Assembly: GCA_964016885.1 (NCBI GenBank)
Contig: OZ024744.1
Location: forward strand, 13,082,001-13,146,000
From: Eledone cirrhosa
Lineage: Eukaryota
Reading direction: 5' to 3'
DNA: 64,000 bases
Below are positions 39,641 to 55,200 of this stretch, piece after piece. The position numbers and the translations under genes were made by a program. Each line of letters opens with the position of its first letter. Position 1 is the first letter of the stretch. The notes under the pieces are model-generated. The model ran no database searches. It worked only from the letters and a program-made list of their open reading frames with translations, and was not told the DNA's origin.

Positions 39641-42009
39641 CTAATTCTCTAAATTGAGAGATCACAACTCCCATACTCTGGACATGTGGTTAGAATGTCT
39701 CAGTAGATCAGAGAGTCACTCCAGTTAAAGCCACTCTCTAATTTGAGAGATCACAACTTCCATACTATGGACATGTGGTTAGAATGTCTCAGTAGATCAG
39801 AGAATCACTCCAGTTAAAGCTACTCTCTAAATTGAGAGATCACAACTCCCATACTATGGACATGTGGCTAGAATGTCTCAGTAGATCAGAAAGTCACTCC
39901 AGCTAAAGCTACACTCTAAATTGAGAGATCACACTACTATACTATGGACATAGGGTTAGAATGTCTCAGTAGATCAGAGACTCACTCCAGTTAAAGCCAC
40001 TCTCTAAATTGAGAGATCACAACTCCAATACTATGGACATGGGGTTTGAAAGTCTCATTAGATTAGAGTGCCACTCCAGTTAAAGCTACTCTCTAAATTG
40101 AGAGATCACAACTCCAATACTATGGACATGGGGTTTGAATGTCTCAGTAGATCAGAGAGTCGCTCAAGTTAAAGCCACTCTGTAAATTGCGAGATCACAA
40201 CTCCAATACTATGGACATTTGGATAGAATGTCTCAGTAGATCAGAGTGTCACTCCAGGTTAAGCCACTCTCTAAATTGAGAGATCACAACTTCCATACAA
40301 TGGACATGTGGTTAGAATGTCTCAGTAGATCAGAGAGTCACTCCAGTTAAAGCCAATCTCTAAGTTGAGAGATCACAACTCCCATACTATGGACATGGGG
40401 TTTGAATGTCTTAGTAGATTAGAGAGTCACTCAAGTTAAAGCCACTCTCTAAATTGAGAGATCACAACTCCAATACTATGGACATGTGGTTCGTATGTCT
40501 CAGTAGATCAGAGTGTCACTCCAGTTACAGCAACTCTCTAAATTGAGAGATCACAACTCCCATACTATGGACGTGTGGTTAGAATGTCTCAGTAGATCAG
40601 AGAATCACTCCAGTTAAAGCTACTCTCTAAATTGAGAGATCACAACTCCCATACTATGGAAATGTGGTTAGAATGTCTCAGTAGATCAGAGAGTCACTCC
40701 AGTTAAAGCCACTCTCTTAATTGAGAGATCACAACTCCAATGATATGGACATGTGTTTAGAATGTCTCAGTAGATCAGAAAGTCACTCCAGTTAAAGCTA
40801 CACTCTAAATTGAGAGATCACAACTGCTATACTATGGATATGGGGTTAGAACGTCTCAGTAGATCAGAGTGTCACTCCAGTTAAAGCCACTCTCTAAATT
40901 GAGGGATCACAACTCCCATACTATGGACATGTGGTTAGAATGTCTCAGTAGATCAGAGAGTCACTCCAGTTAAAGCCACTCTCTAATTTGAGAGATCACA
41001 ACTTCCATACTATGGACATGTGGTTAGAATGTCTCAGTAGATCAGAGAATCACTCCAGTTAAAGCTACTCTCTAAATTGAGAGATCACATCTCCCATACT
41101 ATGGACATGTGGTTAGAATAACTCAGTAGAACAGAGAGTCACTCTTGTTAAAGCCACTCTCTAAATTGAGAGATCACAACTCCCATACTATGGACATGTG
41201 GCTAGAATGTCTGAGTAGATCAGAAAGTCACACCAGCTAAATCTACACTCTAAATTGAGAGATCACAACTCCTATACTATGGACATAGGGTTAGAATGTC
41301 TCAGTAGATCAGAGAGTCGCTCAAGTTAAAGCCACTCTCTAAATTGAGAGATCACAACCCCAATACTATGGACATGTGGTTAGAATGTCTCAGTAGATCA
41401 GAGAGTCACTTCAGTTAAAGCTACTCTCTAAATTGAGAGATCACAACTCCAATACTATGGATATGTGGTTAGAATCTCTCAGTAGATCAGAGAGTCATTC
41501 CAGTTAAAGCCACTCTCTAAATTGAGAGATCACAACTCCCATACTATGGACGTGTGGTTAGAATGTCTCAGTAGATCAGAGAATCACTCCAGTTAAAGCC
41601 ACTCACTAAATTGAGAGATCACAACTCCCATACTATGGACATCTGGTTAGAATGTCTCAGTAGATCAGAAAGTCACTCCAGCTAAAGCTACACTCTAAAT
41701 TGAGATATCACAACTCCAATACTATGGACATGTGGTTAGAATGTCTCAGTAGATCAGAGACTCACTCCAGTTAAAGCCACTCTCTAAATTGAGAGATCAC
41801 AACTCCAATACTATGGACATGGAGTTTGAAAGTCTCATTAGATTAGAGTGTCACTCCAGTTAAAGCTACTCTCTAAATTGAGAGATCACAACTCCAATAT
41901 TATGGACATGGGGTTTGAATGTCTCAGTAGATCAGAGAGTCGCTCAAGTTAAAGCCACTCTGTAAATTGCGAGATCACAACTCCAATACTATGGACATTT
42001 GGTTAGAAT

Positions 42010-45000
42010 GTCTCAGTAGATCAGAGAGTAACTCCAGTTAAAGACACTAATTCTCTAAGTTGAGAGATCACAACTCCCATACTATGGACATGGGGTTTGA
42101 ATGTCTCAGTAGATTAGAGAGTCACTCAATTTAAAGCTACTCTCTAAATTGAGATATCACAACTCCCATACTATGGACATGTGTTTAGAATGTCTCAGTA
42201 GATCAGAGAGTCACTCCATTTAAAGCTACTATCTAAATTGAGAGATCACAACTCCCATACTATGGACATGTGGTTAGAATGTCTCAGTAGATCTGAGAGT
42301 CACTCCAGTTAAAGCCACTCTCTAAATTGAGAGATCACAACTCCCATACTATGGACATGTGGTTAGAATGTCTCAGTAGATCAGAGAGTCAGTCCAGTTA
42401 AAGCCACTCTCTAAATTGAGAGATCACAACTCCAATACTATGGACATGGGGTTTGAAAGTCTCAGTAGATTAGAGTGTCACTCCAGTTAAAGCGACTAAT
42501 TCTCTAAATTGAGAGATCACAACTCCCATACTATGGACATGTGGTTAGAATGTCTCAGTAGATCAGAGAGTCACTCCAGTTAAAGCCACTCTCTAATTTG
42601 AGAGATCACAACTTCCATACTATGGACATGTGGTTAGAATGTCTCAGTAGATCAGAGAATCACTCCAGTTAAAGCTACTCTCTAAATTGAGAGATCACAT
42701 CTCCCATACTATGGACATGTGGTTAGAATGTCTCAGTAGATCAGAGAGTCACTCCAGTTAAAGCCACTCCTTAAATTGAGAGATCACAACTCCCATACTA
42801 TGGACATGTGGCTAGAATGTCTCAGTAGATCAGAAAGTCACTCCAGCTAAAGCTACACTCTAAATTGAGAGATCACAACTCCTATACTATGGACATAGGG
42901 TTAGAATGTCTCAGTAGATCCGAGAGTCGCTCAAGTTAAAGCCACTCTCTAAATTGAGAGATCACAACTCCAATATTATGGATATGTGGTTAGAATGTCT
43001 CAGTAGATCAGAGAGTCACTTCATTTAAAGCTACTCTCTAAATTGAGAGATCACAACTCCAATACTATGGACATGTGGTTAGAATCTCTCAGTAGATCAG
43101 AGAGTCATTCCAGTTAAAGCCACTCTCTAAATTGAGAGATCACAACTCCCATACTATGGACATGTGGTTAGAATGTCTCAGTAGATCAGAGAGTCAGTCC
43201 AGTTAAAGCCACTCTCTAAATTGAGAGATCACAACTCCAATACTATGGACATGGGGTTTGAAAGTCTCAGTAGATTAGAGTGTCACTCCAGTTAAAGCGA
43301 CTAATTCTCTAAATTGAGAGATCACAACTCCCATACTATGGACATGTGGTTAGAATGTCTCAGTAGATCAGAGAGTCACTCCAGTTAAAGCCACTCTCTA
43401 ATTTGAGAGATCACAACTTCCACACTATGGACATGTGGTTAGAATGTCTCAGTAGATCAGAGAATCACTCCAGTTAAAGCTACTCTCTAAATTGAGAGAT
43501 CACATCTCCCATACTATGGACATGTGGTTAGAATGTCTCAGTAGATCAGAGAGTCACTCCAGTTAAAGCCACTCTCTAAATTGAGAGATCACAACTCCCA
43601 TACTATGGACATGTGGCTAGAATGTCTCAGTAGATCAGAAAGTCACTCCAGCTAAAGCTACACTCTAAATTGAGAGATCACAACTCCTATACTATGGACA
43701 TAGGGTTAGAATGTCTCAGTAGATCCGAGAGTCGCTCAAGTTAAAGCCACTCTCTAAATTGAGAGATCACAACTCCAATATTATGGACATGTGGTTAGAA
43801 TGTCTCAGTAGATCAGAGAGTCACTTCATTTAAAGCTACTCTCTAAATTGAGAGATCACAACTCCAATACTATGGACATGTGGTTAGAATCTCTCAGTAG
43901 ATCAGAGAGTCATTCCAGTTAAAGCCACTCTCTAAATTGAGAGATCACAACTCCCATACTATGGACGTGTGGTTAGAATGTCTCAGTAGATCAGAGAATC
44001 ACTCCAGTTAAAGCCACTCAGTAAATTGAGAGATCACAACTCCCATACTATGGACATGTGGTTAGAATGTCTCAGTAGATCAGAAAGTCACTCCAGCTAC
44101 AGCTACACTCTAAATTGAGAGATCACAACTCCAATACTATGGACATGTGGTTAGAACGTCTCAGTAGATCAGAGACTCACTCCAGTTAAAGCCACTCTCT
44201 AAATTGAGAGATCACAACTCCAATACTATGGACATGGGGTTTGAAAGTCTCATTAGATTAGAGTGTCACTCCAGTTAAAGCTACTCTCTAAATTGAGAGA
44301 TCACAACTCCAATACTATGGACATGGGGTTTGAATGTCTCAGTAGATCAGAGAGTCGCTCAAGTTACAGCTACTCTGTAAATTGCGAGATCACAACTCCA
44401 ATACTATGGACATTTGGTTAGAATGTCTCAGTAGATCAGAGTGTCACTCCAGTTAAAGCCACTCTCTAAATTGAGAGATCACAACTTCCATACTATGGAC
44501 ATGTGGTTAGAATGTCTCAGGAGATCAGAGAGTAACTCCAGTTAAAGACACTAATTCTCTAAGTTGAGAGATCACAACTCCCATACTATGGACATGGGGT
44601 TGGAATGTCTCAGTAGATTAGAGAGTCACTCAGTTTAAAGCTACTCTCTAAATTGAGATATTACAACTCCCATACTATGGACATGTGTTTAGAATGTCTC
44701 AGTAGATCAGAGAGTCACTCCAGTTAAAGCTACTCTCTAAATTGAGAGATCACAACTCCCATACTATGGACATGTGGTTAGAATGTCTCAGTAGATCAGA
44801 GAGTCAGTCCAGTTAAAGCCACTCTCTAAATTGAGAGATCACAACTCCCATACTATGGACATGGGGTTTGAAAGTCTCAGTAGATTAGAGTGTCACTCCA
44901 GTTAAAGCAACTCTCTAAATTGAGAGATCACAACTCAAATACTATGGACATGGGGTTTGAATGTCTCAGTAGATCAGAGAGTCGCTCAAGTTAAAGCCAC

Positions 45001-48000
45001 TCTCTAAATTGAGAGATCACAACTCCAATACTATGGACATGTGGTTAGAATGTCTCAGTAGATCAGAGATTCACTTCAGTTAAAGCCACTCTCTAAATTA
45101 AGAGATCACAACTTCCATACTATGGACATGTGGTTAGAACGTCTCAGTAGATCAGAGAGTCACTCCAGTTAAAGCCACTCTCTAAATTCAGAGATCACAA
45201 CTCCAATACTATGGTAATGTGTTTAGAATGTCTCAGAGGATCAGAGAGTCACTCCAGTTAAAGCCACTCTCTAAATCCAGAGATCACAACTCCAACACTA
45301 TGGACATGGGGTTTGAATGTCTCAGTAGATCAGAGTGTCACTCCAGTTAAAGTTACTCTCTAAATTGAGAGATCACAACTCCAATAATATGGACATGGGG
45401 TTTGAATGGCTCAGTAGATCAGAGAGTCACTCCAGTTAAAGCTAATCTCTAACTTGAGAGATCACAACTCCAATACTATGGACATGTGGTTAGAATGTCT
45501 CAGAAGATCAGAGAGTCATTCCAGTTAAAGCCACTCTCTAAATTGAGAGATCACAACTCCCGTACTATGGACGTGTGGTTAGAATGTCTCAGTAGATCAG
45601 AGAATCACTCCAGTTAAAGATACTCTCTAAATTGAGAGATCACATCTCCCATACTATGGACATGTGGTTAGAATGTCTCAGTAGATCAGGGAGTCATTCT
45701 TTTTAAAGCTACTCTCTAAATTGAGAGATCACAACTCCCATACTATGGACATGTGGTTACAATCTCTCAGTAGATCAGAGAGTCATTCCTTGTTAAAGCC
45801 ACTCTCTAAATTGAGAGATCACAACTCCCATACTATGGACCTGTGGTTAGAATGTCTCAGTAGATCAGAGAGTCACTTCACTTAAAGCCACTCTCTAAAT
45901 TAAGAGATCACAACTTCCATACTATGGACATGTGGTTAGAATGTCTCAGTAGATCAGAAAGTCACTCCAGCTAAAGCTACACTCTAAATTGAGATATCAC
46001 AACTCCAATACTATGGACATGTGGTTAGAATGTCTCAGTAGATCAGAGACTCACTCCAGTTAAAGCCACTCTCTAAATTGAGAGATCACAACTCCAATAC
46101 TATGGACATGGGGTTTGAAAGTCTCATTAGATTAGAGTGTCACTCCAGTTAAAGCTACTCTCTAAATTGAGAGATCACAACTCCAATATTATGGACATGG
46201 GGTTTGAATGTCTCAGTAGATCAGAGAGTCGCTCAAGTTAAAGCCACTCTGTAAATTGCGAGATCACAACTCCAATACTATGGACATTTGGTTAGAATGT
46301 CTCAGTAGATCAGAGTGTCACTCCAGTTAAAGCCACTCTCTAAATTGAGAGATCACAACTTCCATACTATGGACATGTGGTTAGAATGTCTCAGTAGATC
46401 AGAGAGTAACTCCAGTTAAAGACACTAATTCTCTAAGTTGAGAGATCACAACTCCCATACTATGGACATGGGGTTTGAATGTCTCAGTAGATTAGAGAGT
46501 CACTCAATTTAAAGCTACTCTCTAAATTGAGATATCACAACTCCCATACTATGGACATGTGTTTAGAATGTCTCAGTAGATCAGAGAGTCACTCCATTTA
46601 AAGCTACTCTCTAAATTGAGAGATCACAACTCCCATACTATGGACATGTGGTTAGAATGTCTCAGTAGATCTGAGAGTCACTCCAGTTAAAGCCACTCTC
46701 TAAATTGAGAGATCACAACTCCCATACTATGGACATGTGGTTAGAATGTCTCAGTAGATCAGAGAGTCAGTCCAGTTAAAGCCACTCTCTAAATTGAGAG
46801 ATCACAACTCCAATACTATGGACATGGGGTTTGAAAGTCTCAGTAGATTACAGTGTCACTCCAGTTAAAGCGACTAATTCTCTAAATTGAGAGATCACAA
46901 CTCCCATACTATGGACATGTGGTTAGAATGTCTCAGTAGATCAGAGAGTCACTGCAGTTAAAGCCACTCTCTAATTTGAGAGATCACAACTTCCATACTA
47001 TGGACATGTGGTTAGAATGTCTCAGTAGATCAGAGAATCACTCCAGTTAAAGCTACTCTCTAAATTGAGAGATCACATCTCCCATACTATGGACATGTGG
47101 TTAGAATGTCTCAGTAGATCAGAGAGTCACTCCAGTTAAAGCCACTCTCTAAATTGAGAGATCACAACTCCCATACTATGGACATGTGGCTAGAATGTCT
47201 CAGTAGATCAGAAAGTCACTCCAGCTAAAGCTACACTCTAAATTGAGAGATCACAACTCCTATACTATGGACATAGGGTTAGAATGTCTCAGTAGATCCG
47301 AGAGTCGCTCAAGTTAAAGCCACTCTCTAAATTGAGAGATCACAACTCCAATATTATGGACATGTGGTTAGAATGTCTCAGTAGATCAGAGAGTCACTTC
47401 ATTTAAAGCTACTCTCTAAATTGAGAGATCACAACTCCAATACTATGGACATGTGGTTAGAATCTCTCAGTAGATCAGAGAGTCATTCCAGTTAAAGCCA
47501 CTCTCTAAATTGAGAGATCACAACTCCCATACTATGGACATGTGGTTAGAATGTCTCAGTAGATCAGAGAGTCAGTCCAGTTAAAGCCACTCTCTAAATT
47601 GAGAGATCACAACTCCAATACTATGGACATGGGGTTTGAAAGTCTCAGTAGATTAGAGTGTCACTCCAGTTAAAGCGACTAATTCTCTAAATTGAGAGAT
47701 CACAACTCCCATACTATGGACATGTGGTTAGAATGTCTCAGTAGATCAGAGAGTCACTCCAGTTAAAGCCACTCTCTAATTTGAGAGATCACAACTTCCA
47801 CACTATGGACATGTGGTTAGAATGTCTCAGTAGATCAGAGAATCACTCCAGTTAAAGCTACTCTCTAAATTGAGAGATCACATCTCCCATACTATGGACA
47901 TGTGGTTAGAATGTCTCAGTAGATCAGAGAGTCACTCCAGTTAAAGCCACTCTCTAAATTGAGAGATTACAACTCCCATACTATGGACATGTGGCTAGAA

Positions 48001-50333
48001 TGTCTCAGTAGATCAGAAAGTCACTCCAGCTAAAGCTACACTCTAAATTGAGAGATCACAACTCCTATACTATGGACATAGGGTTAGAATGTCTCAGTAG
48101 ATCCGAGAGTCGCTCTAGTTAAAGCCACTCTCTAAATTGAGAGATCACAACTCCAATATTATGGACATGTGGTTAGAATGTCTCAGTAGATCAGAGAGTC
48201 ACTTCATTTAAAGCTACTCTCTAAATTGAGAGATCACAACTCCAATACTATGGACATGTGGTTAGAATCTCTCAGTAGATCAGAGAGTCATTCCAGTTAA
48301 AGCCACTCTCTAAATTGAGAGATCACAACTCCCATACTATGGACGTGTGGTTAGAATGTCTCAGTAGATCAGAGAATCACTCCAGTTAAAGCCACTCACT
48401 AAATTGAGAGATCACAACTCCCATACTATGGACATGTGGTTAGAATGTCTCAGTAGATCAGAAAGTCACTCCAGCTACAGCTACACTCTAAATTGAGAGA
48501 TCACAACTCCAATACTATGGACATGTGGTTAGAATGTCTCAGTAGATCAGAGACTCACTCCAGTTAAAGCCACTCTCTAAATTGAGAGATCACAACTCCA
48601 ATACTATGGACATGGGGTTTGAAAGTCTCATTAGATTAGAGTGTCACTCCAGTTAAAGCTACTCTCTAAATTGAGAGATCACAACTCCAATACTATGGAC
48701 ATGGGGTTTGAATGTCTCAGTAGATCAGAGAGTCGCTCAAGTTACAGCTACTCTGTAAATTGCGAGATCACAACTCCAATACTATGGACATTTGGTTAGA
48801 ATGTCTCAGTAGATCAGAGTGTCACTCCAGTTAAAGCCACTCTCTAAATTGAGAGATCACAACTTCCATACTATGGACATGTGGTTAGAATGTCTCAGTA
48901 GATCAGAGAGTAACTCCAGTTAAAGACACTAATTCTCTAAGTTGAGAGATCACAACTCCCATACTATGGACATGGGGTTGGAATGTCTCAGTAGATTAGA
49001 GAGTCACTCAATTTAAAGCTACTCTCTAAATTGAGATATTACAACTCCCATACTATGGACATGTGTTTAGAATGTCTCAGTAGATCAGAGAGTCACTCCA
49101 GTTAAAGCTACTCTCTAAATTGAGAGATCACAACTCCCATACTATGGACATGTGGTTAGAATGTCTCAGTAGATCAGAGAGTCAGTCCAGTTAAAGCCAC
49201 TCTCTAAATTGAGAGATCACAACTCCCATACTATGGACATGGGGTTTGAAAGTCTCAGTAGATTAGAGTGTCACTCCAGTTAAAGCAACTCTCTAAATTG
49301 AGAGATCACAACTCAAATACTATGGACATGGGGTTTGAATGTCTCAGTAGATCAGAGAGTCGCTCAAGTTAAAGCCACTCTCTAAATTGAGAGATCACAA
49401 CTCCAATACTATGGACATGTGGTTAGAATGTCTCAGTAGATCAGAGATTCACTTCAGTTAAAGCCACTCTCTAAATTAAGAGATCACAACTTCCATACTA
49501 TGGACATGTGGTTAGAACGTCTCAGTAGATCAGAGAGTCACTCCAGTTAAAGCTACTCTCTAAATTGAGAGATCACAACTCCAATACTATGGTAATGTGT
49601 TTAGAATGTCTCAGAGGATCAGAGAGTCACTCCAGTTAAAGCCACTCTCTAAATCCAGAGATCACAACTCCAACACTATGGACATGGGGTTTGAATGTCT
49701 TAGTAGATCAGAGTGTCACTCCAGTTAAAGTTACTCTCTAAATTGAGAGATCACAACTCCAATAATATGGACATGGGGTTTGAATGGCTCAGTAGATCAG
49801 AGAGTCACTCCAGTTAAAGCTAATCTCTAACTTGAGAGATCACAACTCCAATACTATGGACATGTGGTTAGAATGTCTCAGAAGATCAGAGAGTCATTCC
49901 AGTTAAAGCCACTCTCTAAATTGAGAGATCACAACTCCCGTACTATGGACGTGTGGTTAGAATGTCTCAGTAGATCAGAGAATCACTCCAGTTAAAGATA
50001 CTCTCTAAATTGAGAGATCACATCTCCCATACTATGGACATGTGGTTAGAATGTCTCAGTAGATCAGGGAGTCATTCTTTTTAAAGCTACTCTCTAAATT
50101 GAGAGATCACAACTCCCATACTATGGACATGTGGTTACAATCTCTCAGTAGATCAGAGAGTCATTCCTTGTTAAAGCCACTCTCTAAATTGAGAGATCAC
50201 AACTCCCATACTATGGACCTGTGGTTAGAATGTCTCAGTAGATCAGAGAGTCACTTCACTTAAAGCCACTCTCTAAATTAAGAGATCACAACTTCCATAC
50301 TATGGACATGTGGTTAGAATGTCTCAGTAGATC
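42010..50333. repeat. Tandem duplication with 49-monomer period (4378 bp), each copy containing an internal 9-mer (805 bp) duplication
   Basis: AAATCCAGAG at 45273/49651 (offset 4378 = 49 x 89 + 17). GTCAGTCCAG occurs at about 42388, 43193 and 44803, and again about 4378 bp further on. Confidence 0.9.
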
Positions 50334-52229
50334 AGAGAGTCACTCCAGTTAAAGCCACTCTCTAAATTGAGAGATCACAACTCCAATACTATGGTCATGT
50401 GGTTAGAATGGCTCAGTAGATCAGAGAGTCACTCCAGTTAAAGCCACTCTCTAAAACCAGAGATCACAACTCCAACACTATGGACATGGTGTTTGAATGT
50501 CTCAGTAGATCAGAGTGTCACTCCAGTTAAAGTTACTCTCTAAATAGAGAGATCACAACTCCAATAATATGGACATGGGGTTAGAATGTCTCAGTAGATC
50601 AGAGAGTCACTTCAGTTAAAGCTACTCTCTAAATTGAGAGATCACAACTCCAATACTATGGACATGTGGTTAGAATCTCTCAGTAGATCAGAGAGTCATT
50701 CCAGTTAAAGCCACTCTCTAAATTGAGAGATCACAACTCCCATACTATGGACGTGTGGTTAGAATGTCTCAGTAGATCAGAGGATCATTCCAGTTAAAGC
50801 CACTCACTAAATTGAGAGATCACAACTCCCATACTATGGACATGTGGTTAGAATGTCTCAGTAGATCAGAAAGTCACTCCAGCTACAGCTACACTCTAAA
50901 TTGAGAGATCACAACTCCAATACTATGGACATATGGTTAGAATGTCTCAGTAGATCAGAGACTCACTCCAGTTAAAGCCACTCTCTAAATTGAGAGATCA
51001 CAACTCCAATACTATGGACATGGGGTTTGAAAGTCTCATTTGATTAGAGTGTCACTCCAGTTAAAGCTACTCTCTAAATTGAGAGATCACAACTCCAATA
51101 CTATGGACATGGGGTTTGAATGTCTCAGTAGATCAGAGAGTCGCTCAAGTTAAAACCACTCTGTAAATTGCGAGATCACAACTCCAATACTATGGACATT
51201 TGGTTAGAATGTCTTAGTAGATCAGAGTGTCACTCCAGTTAAAGCCACTCTCTAAATTGAGAGATCACAACTTCCATACTATGGACATGTGGTTAGAATA
51301 TCTCAGTAGATCAGAGAGTAACTCCAGTTAAAGACACTAATTCTCTAAGTTGAGAGATCACAACTCCCATACTATGGACATGGGGTTTGAATGTCTCAGT
51401 AGATTAGAGAGTCACTCAATTTAAAGCTACTCTCTAAATTGAGATATCACAACTCCCATACTATGGACATGTGTTTAGAATGTCTCAGTAGATCAGAGAG
51501 TCACTCCAGTTAAAGCTACTCTCTAAATTGAGAGATCACAACTCCCATACTATGGACATGTGGTTAGAATCTCTCAGTAGATCAGAGAGTCATTCCAGTT
51601 AAAGCCACTCTCTAAATTGAGAGATCACAACTCCCATACTATGGACGCGTGGTTAGAATGTCTCAGTAGATCAGAGAATCACTCCAGTTAAAGCTACTCT
51701 CTAAATTGAGATATCACAACTCCCATACTATGGACATGTGTTTAGAACGTCTCAGTAGATCAGAGAGTCACTCCAGTTAAAGCTACTCTCTAAATTGAGA
51801 GATCACAACTCCCATACTATGGACATGTGGTTAGAATGTCTCAGTAGATCAGAGAGTCACTCCGGTTAAAGCCACTCTCTAAATTGAGAGATCACAACTC
51901 CCATACTATGGACATGTGGTTAGAATGTCTCAGTAGATCAGAGAGTCACTCCAGTTAAAGCCACTCTCTAAATTGAGAGATCACAACTCCAATACTATGG
52001 ACATGGGGTTTGAAAGTCTCAGTAGATTAGAGTGTCACTCCAGTTAAAGCAACACTCTAAATTGAGGGATCACAACTCCCATACTATGGACATGTTGTTA
52101 GAATGTCTCAGTAGATCAGAGAGTCACTCCAGTTAAAGCCACTCTCTAAATTGAGAGATCACAACTCCAATACTATGGACATGGGGTTTGAAAGTCACAG
52201 TAGATTAGAGTGTCACTCCAGTTAAAGCG

Positions 52230-55200
52230 ACTAATTCTCTAAATTGAGAGATCACAACTCCCATACTATGGACATGTGGTTAGAATGTCTCAGTAGATCA
52301 GAGAGTCACTCCAGTTAAAGCCACTCTCTAATTTGAGAGATCACAACTTCCATACTATGGACATGTGGTTAGAATGTCTCAGTAGATCAGAGAATCACTC
52401 CAGTTAAAGCTACTCTCTAAATTGAGAGATCACATCTCCCATACTATGGACATGTGGTTAGAATAACTCAGTAGAACAGAGAGTCACTCTTGTTAAAGCC
52501 ACTCTCTAAATTGAGAGATCACAACTCCCATACTATGGACATGTGGCTAGAATGTCTGAGTAGATCAGAAAGTCACTCCAGCTAAATCTACACTCTAAAT
52601 TGAGAGATCACAACTCCTATACTATGGACATAGGGTTAGAATGTCTCAGTAGATCAGAGAGTCGCTCAAGTTAAAGCCACTCTCTAAATTGAGAGATCAC
52701 AACTCCAATACTATGGACATGTGGTTAGAATGTCTCAGTAGATCAGAGAGTCACTTCAGTTAAAGCTACTCTCTAAATTGAGAGATCACAACTCCAATAC
52801 TATGGACATGTGGTTAGAATCTCTCAGTAGATCAGAGAGTCATTCCAGTTAAAGCCACTCTCTAAATTGAGAGATCACAACTCCCATACTATGGACGTGT
52901 GGTTAGAATGTCTCAGTAGATCAGAGAATCACTCCAGTTAAAGCCACTCACTAAATTGAGAGATCACAACTCCCATACTATGGACATGTGGTTAGAATGT
53001 CTCAGTAGATCAGAAAGTCACTCCAGCTAAAGCTACACTCTAAATTGAGATATCACAACTCCAATACTATGGACATGTGGTTAGAATGTCTCAGTAGATC
53101 AGAGACTCACTCCAGTTAAAGCCACTCTCTAAATTGAGAGATCACAACTCCAATACTATGGACATGGGGTTTGAAAGTCTCATTAGATTAGAGTGTCACT
53201 CCAGTTAAAGCTACTCTCTAAATTGAGAGATCACAACTCCAATATTATGGACATGGGGTTTGAATGTCTCAGTAGATCAGAGAGTCGCTCAAGTTAAAGC
53301 CACTCTGTAAATTGCGAGATCACAACTCCAATACTATGGACATTTGGTTAGAATGTCTCAGTAGATCAGAGTGTCACTCCAGTTAAAGACACTAATTCTC
53401 TAAGTTGAGAGATCACAACTCCCATACTATGGACATGGGGTTTGAATGTCTCAGTAGATTAGAGAGTCACTCAATTTAAAGCTACTCTCTAAATTGAGAT
53501 ATCACAACTCCCATACTATGGACATGTGTTTAGAATGTCTCAGTAGATCAGAGAGTCACTCCATTTAAAGCTACTCTCTAAATTGAGAGATCACAACTCC
53601 CATACTATGGACATGTGGTTAGAATGTCTTAGTAGATCTGAGAGTCACTCCAGTTAAAGCCACTCTCTAAATTGAGAGATCACAACTCCCATACTATGGA
53701 CATGTGGTTAGAATGTCTCAGTAGATCAGAGAGTCAGTCCAGTTAAAGCCACTCTCTAAATTGAGAGATCACAACTCCAATACTATGGACATGGGGTTTG
53801 AAAGTCTCAGTAGATTAGAGTGTCACTCCAGTTAAAGCGACTAATTCTCTAAATTGAGAGATCACAACTCCCATACAATGGACATGTGGTTAGAATGTCT
53901 CAGTAGATCAGAGAGTCACTCCAGTTAAAGCCACTCTCTAATTTGAGAGATCACAACTTCCATACTATGGACATGTGGTTAGAATGTCTCAGTAGATCAG
54001 AGAATCACTCCAGTTAAAGCTACTCTCTAAATTGAGAGATCACAACTCCTATACTATGGACATAGGGTTAGAATGTCTCAGTAGATCCGAGAGTCGCTCA
54101 AGTTAAAGCCACTCTCTAAATTGAGAGATCACAACTCCAATATTATGGACATGTGGTTAGAATGTCTCAGTAGATCAGAGAGTCACTTCATTTAAAGCTA
54201 CTCTCTAAATTGAGAGATCACAACTCCAATACTATGGACATGTGGTTAGAATCTCTCAGTAGATCAGAGAGTCATTCCAGTTAAAGCCACTCTCTAAATT
54301 GAGAGATCACAACTCCCATACTATGGACATGTGGTTAGAATGTCTCAGTAGATCAGAGAGTCAGTCCAGTTAAAGCCACTCTCTAAATTGAGAGATCACA
54401 ACTCCAATACTATGGACATGGGGTTTGAAAGTCTCAGTAGATTAGAGTGTCACTCCAGTTAAAGCGACTAATTCTCTAAATTGAGAGATCACAACTCCCA
54501 TACTATGGACATGTGGTTAGAATGTCTCAGTAGATCAGAGAGTCACTCCAGTTAAAGCCACTCTCTAATTTGAGAGATCACAACTTCCACACTATGGACA
54601 TGTGGTTAGAATGTCTCAGTAGATCAGAGAATCACTCCAGTTAAAGCTACTCTCTAAATTGAGAGATCACATCTCCCATACTATGGACATGTGGTTAGAA
54701 TAACTCAGTAGAACAGAGAGTCACTCTTGTTAAAGCCACTCTCTAAATTGAGAGATCACAACTCCCATACTATGGACATGTGGCTAGAATGTCTGAGTAG
54801 ATCAGAAAGTCACTCCAGCTAAATCTACACTCTAAATTGAGAGATCACAACTCCTATACTATGGACATAGGGTTAGAATGTCTCAGTAGATCAGAGAGTC
54901 GCTCAAGTTAAAGCCACTCTCTAAATTGAGAGATCACAACTCCAATACTATGGACATGTGGTTAGAATGTCTCAGTAGATCAGAGAGTCACTTCAGTTAA
55001 AGCTACTCTCTAAATTGAGAGATCACAACTCCAATACTATGGACATGTGGTTAGAATCTCTCAGTAGATCAGAGAGTCATTCCAGTTAAAGCCACTCTCT
55101 AAATTGAGAGATCACAACTCCCATACTATGGACGTGTGGTTAGAATGTCTCAGTAGATCAGAGAATCACTCCAGTTAAAGCCACTCACTAAATTGAGAGA

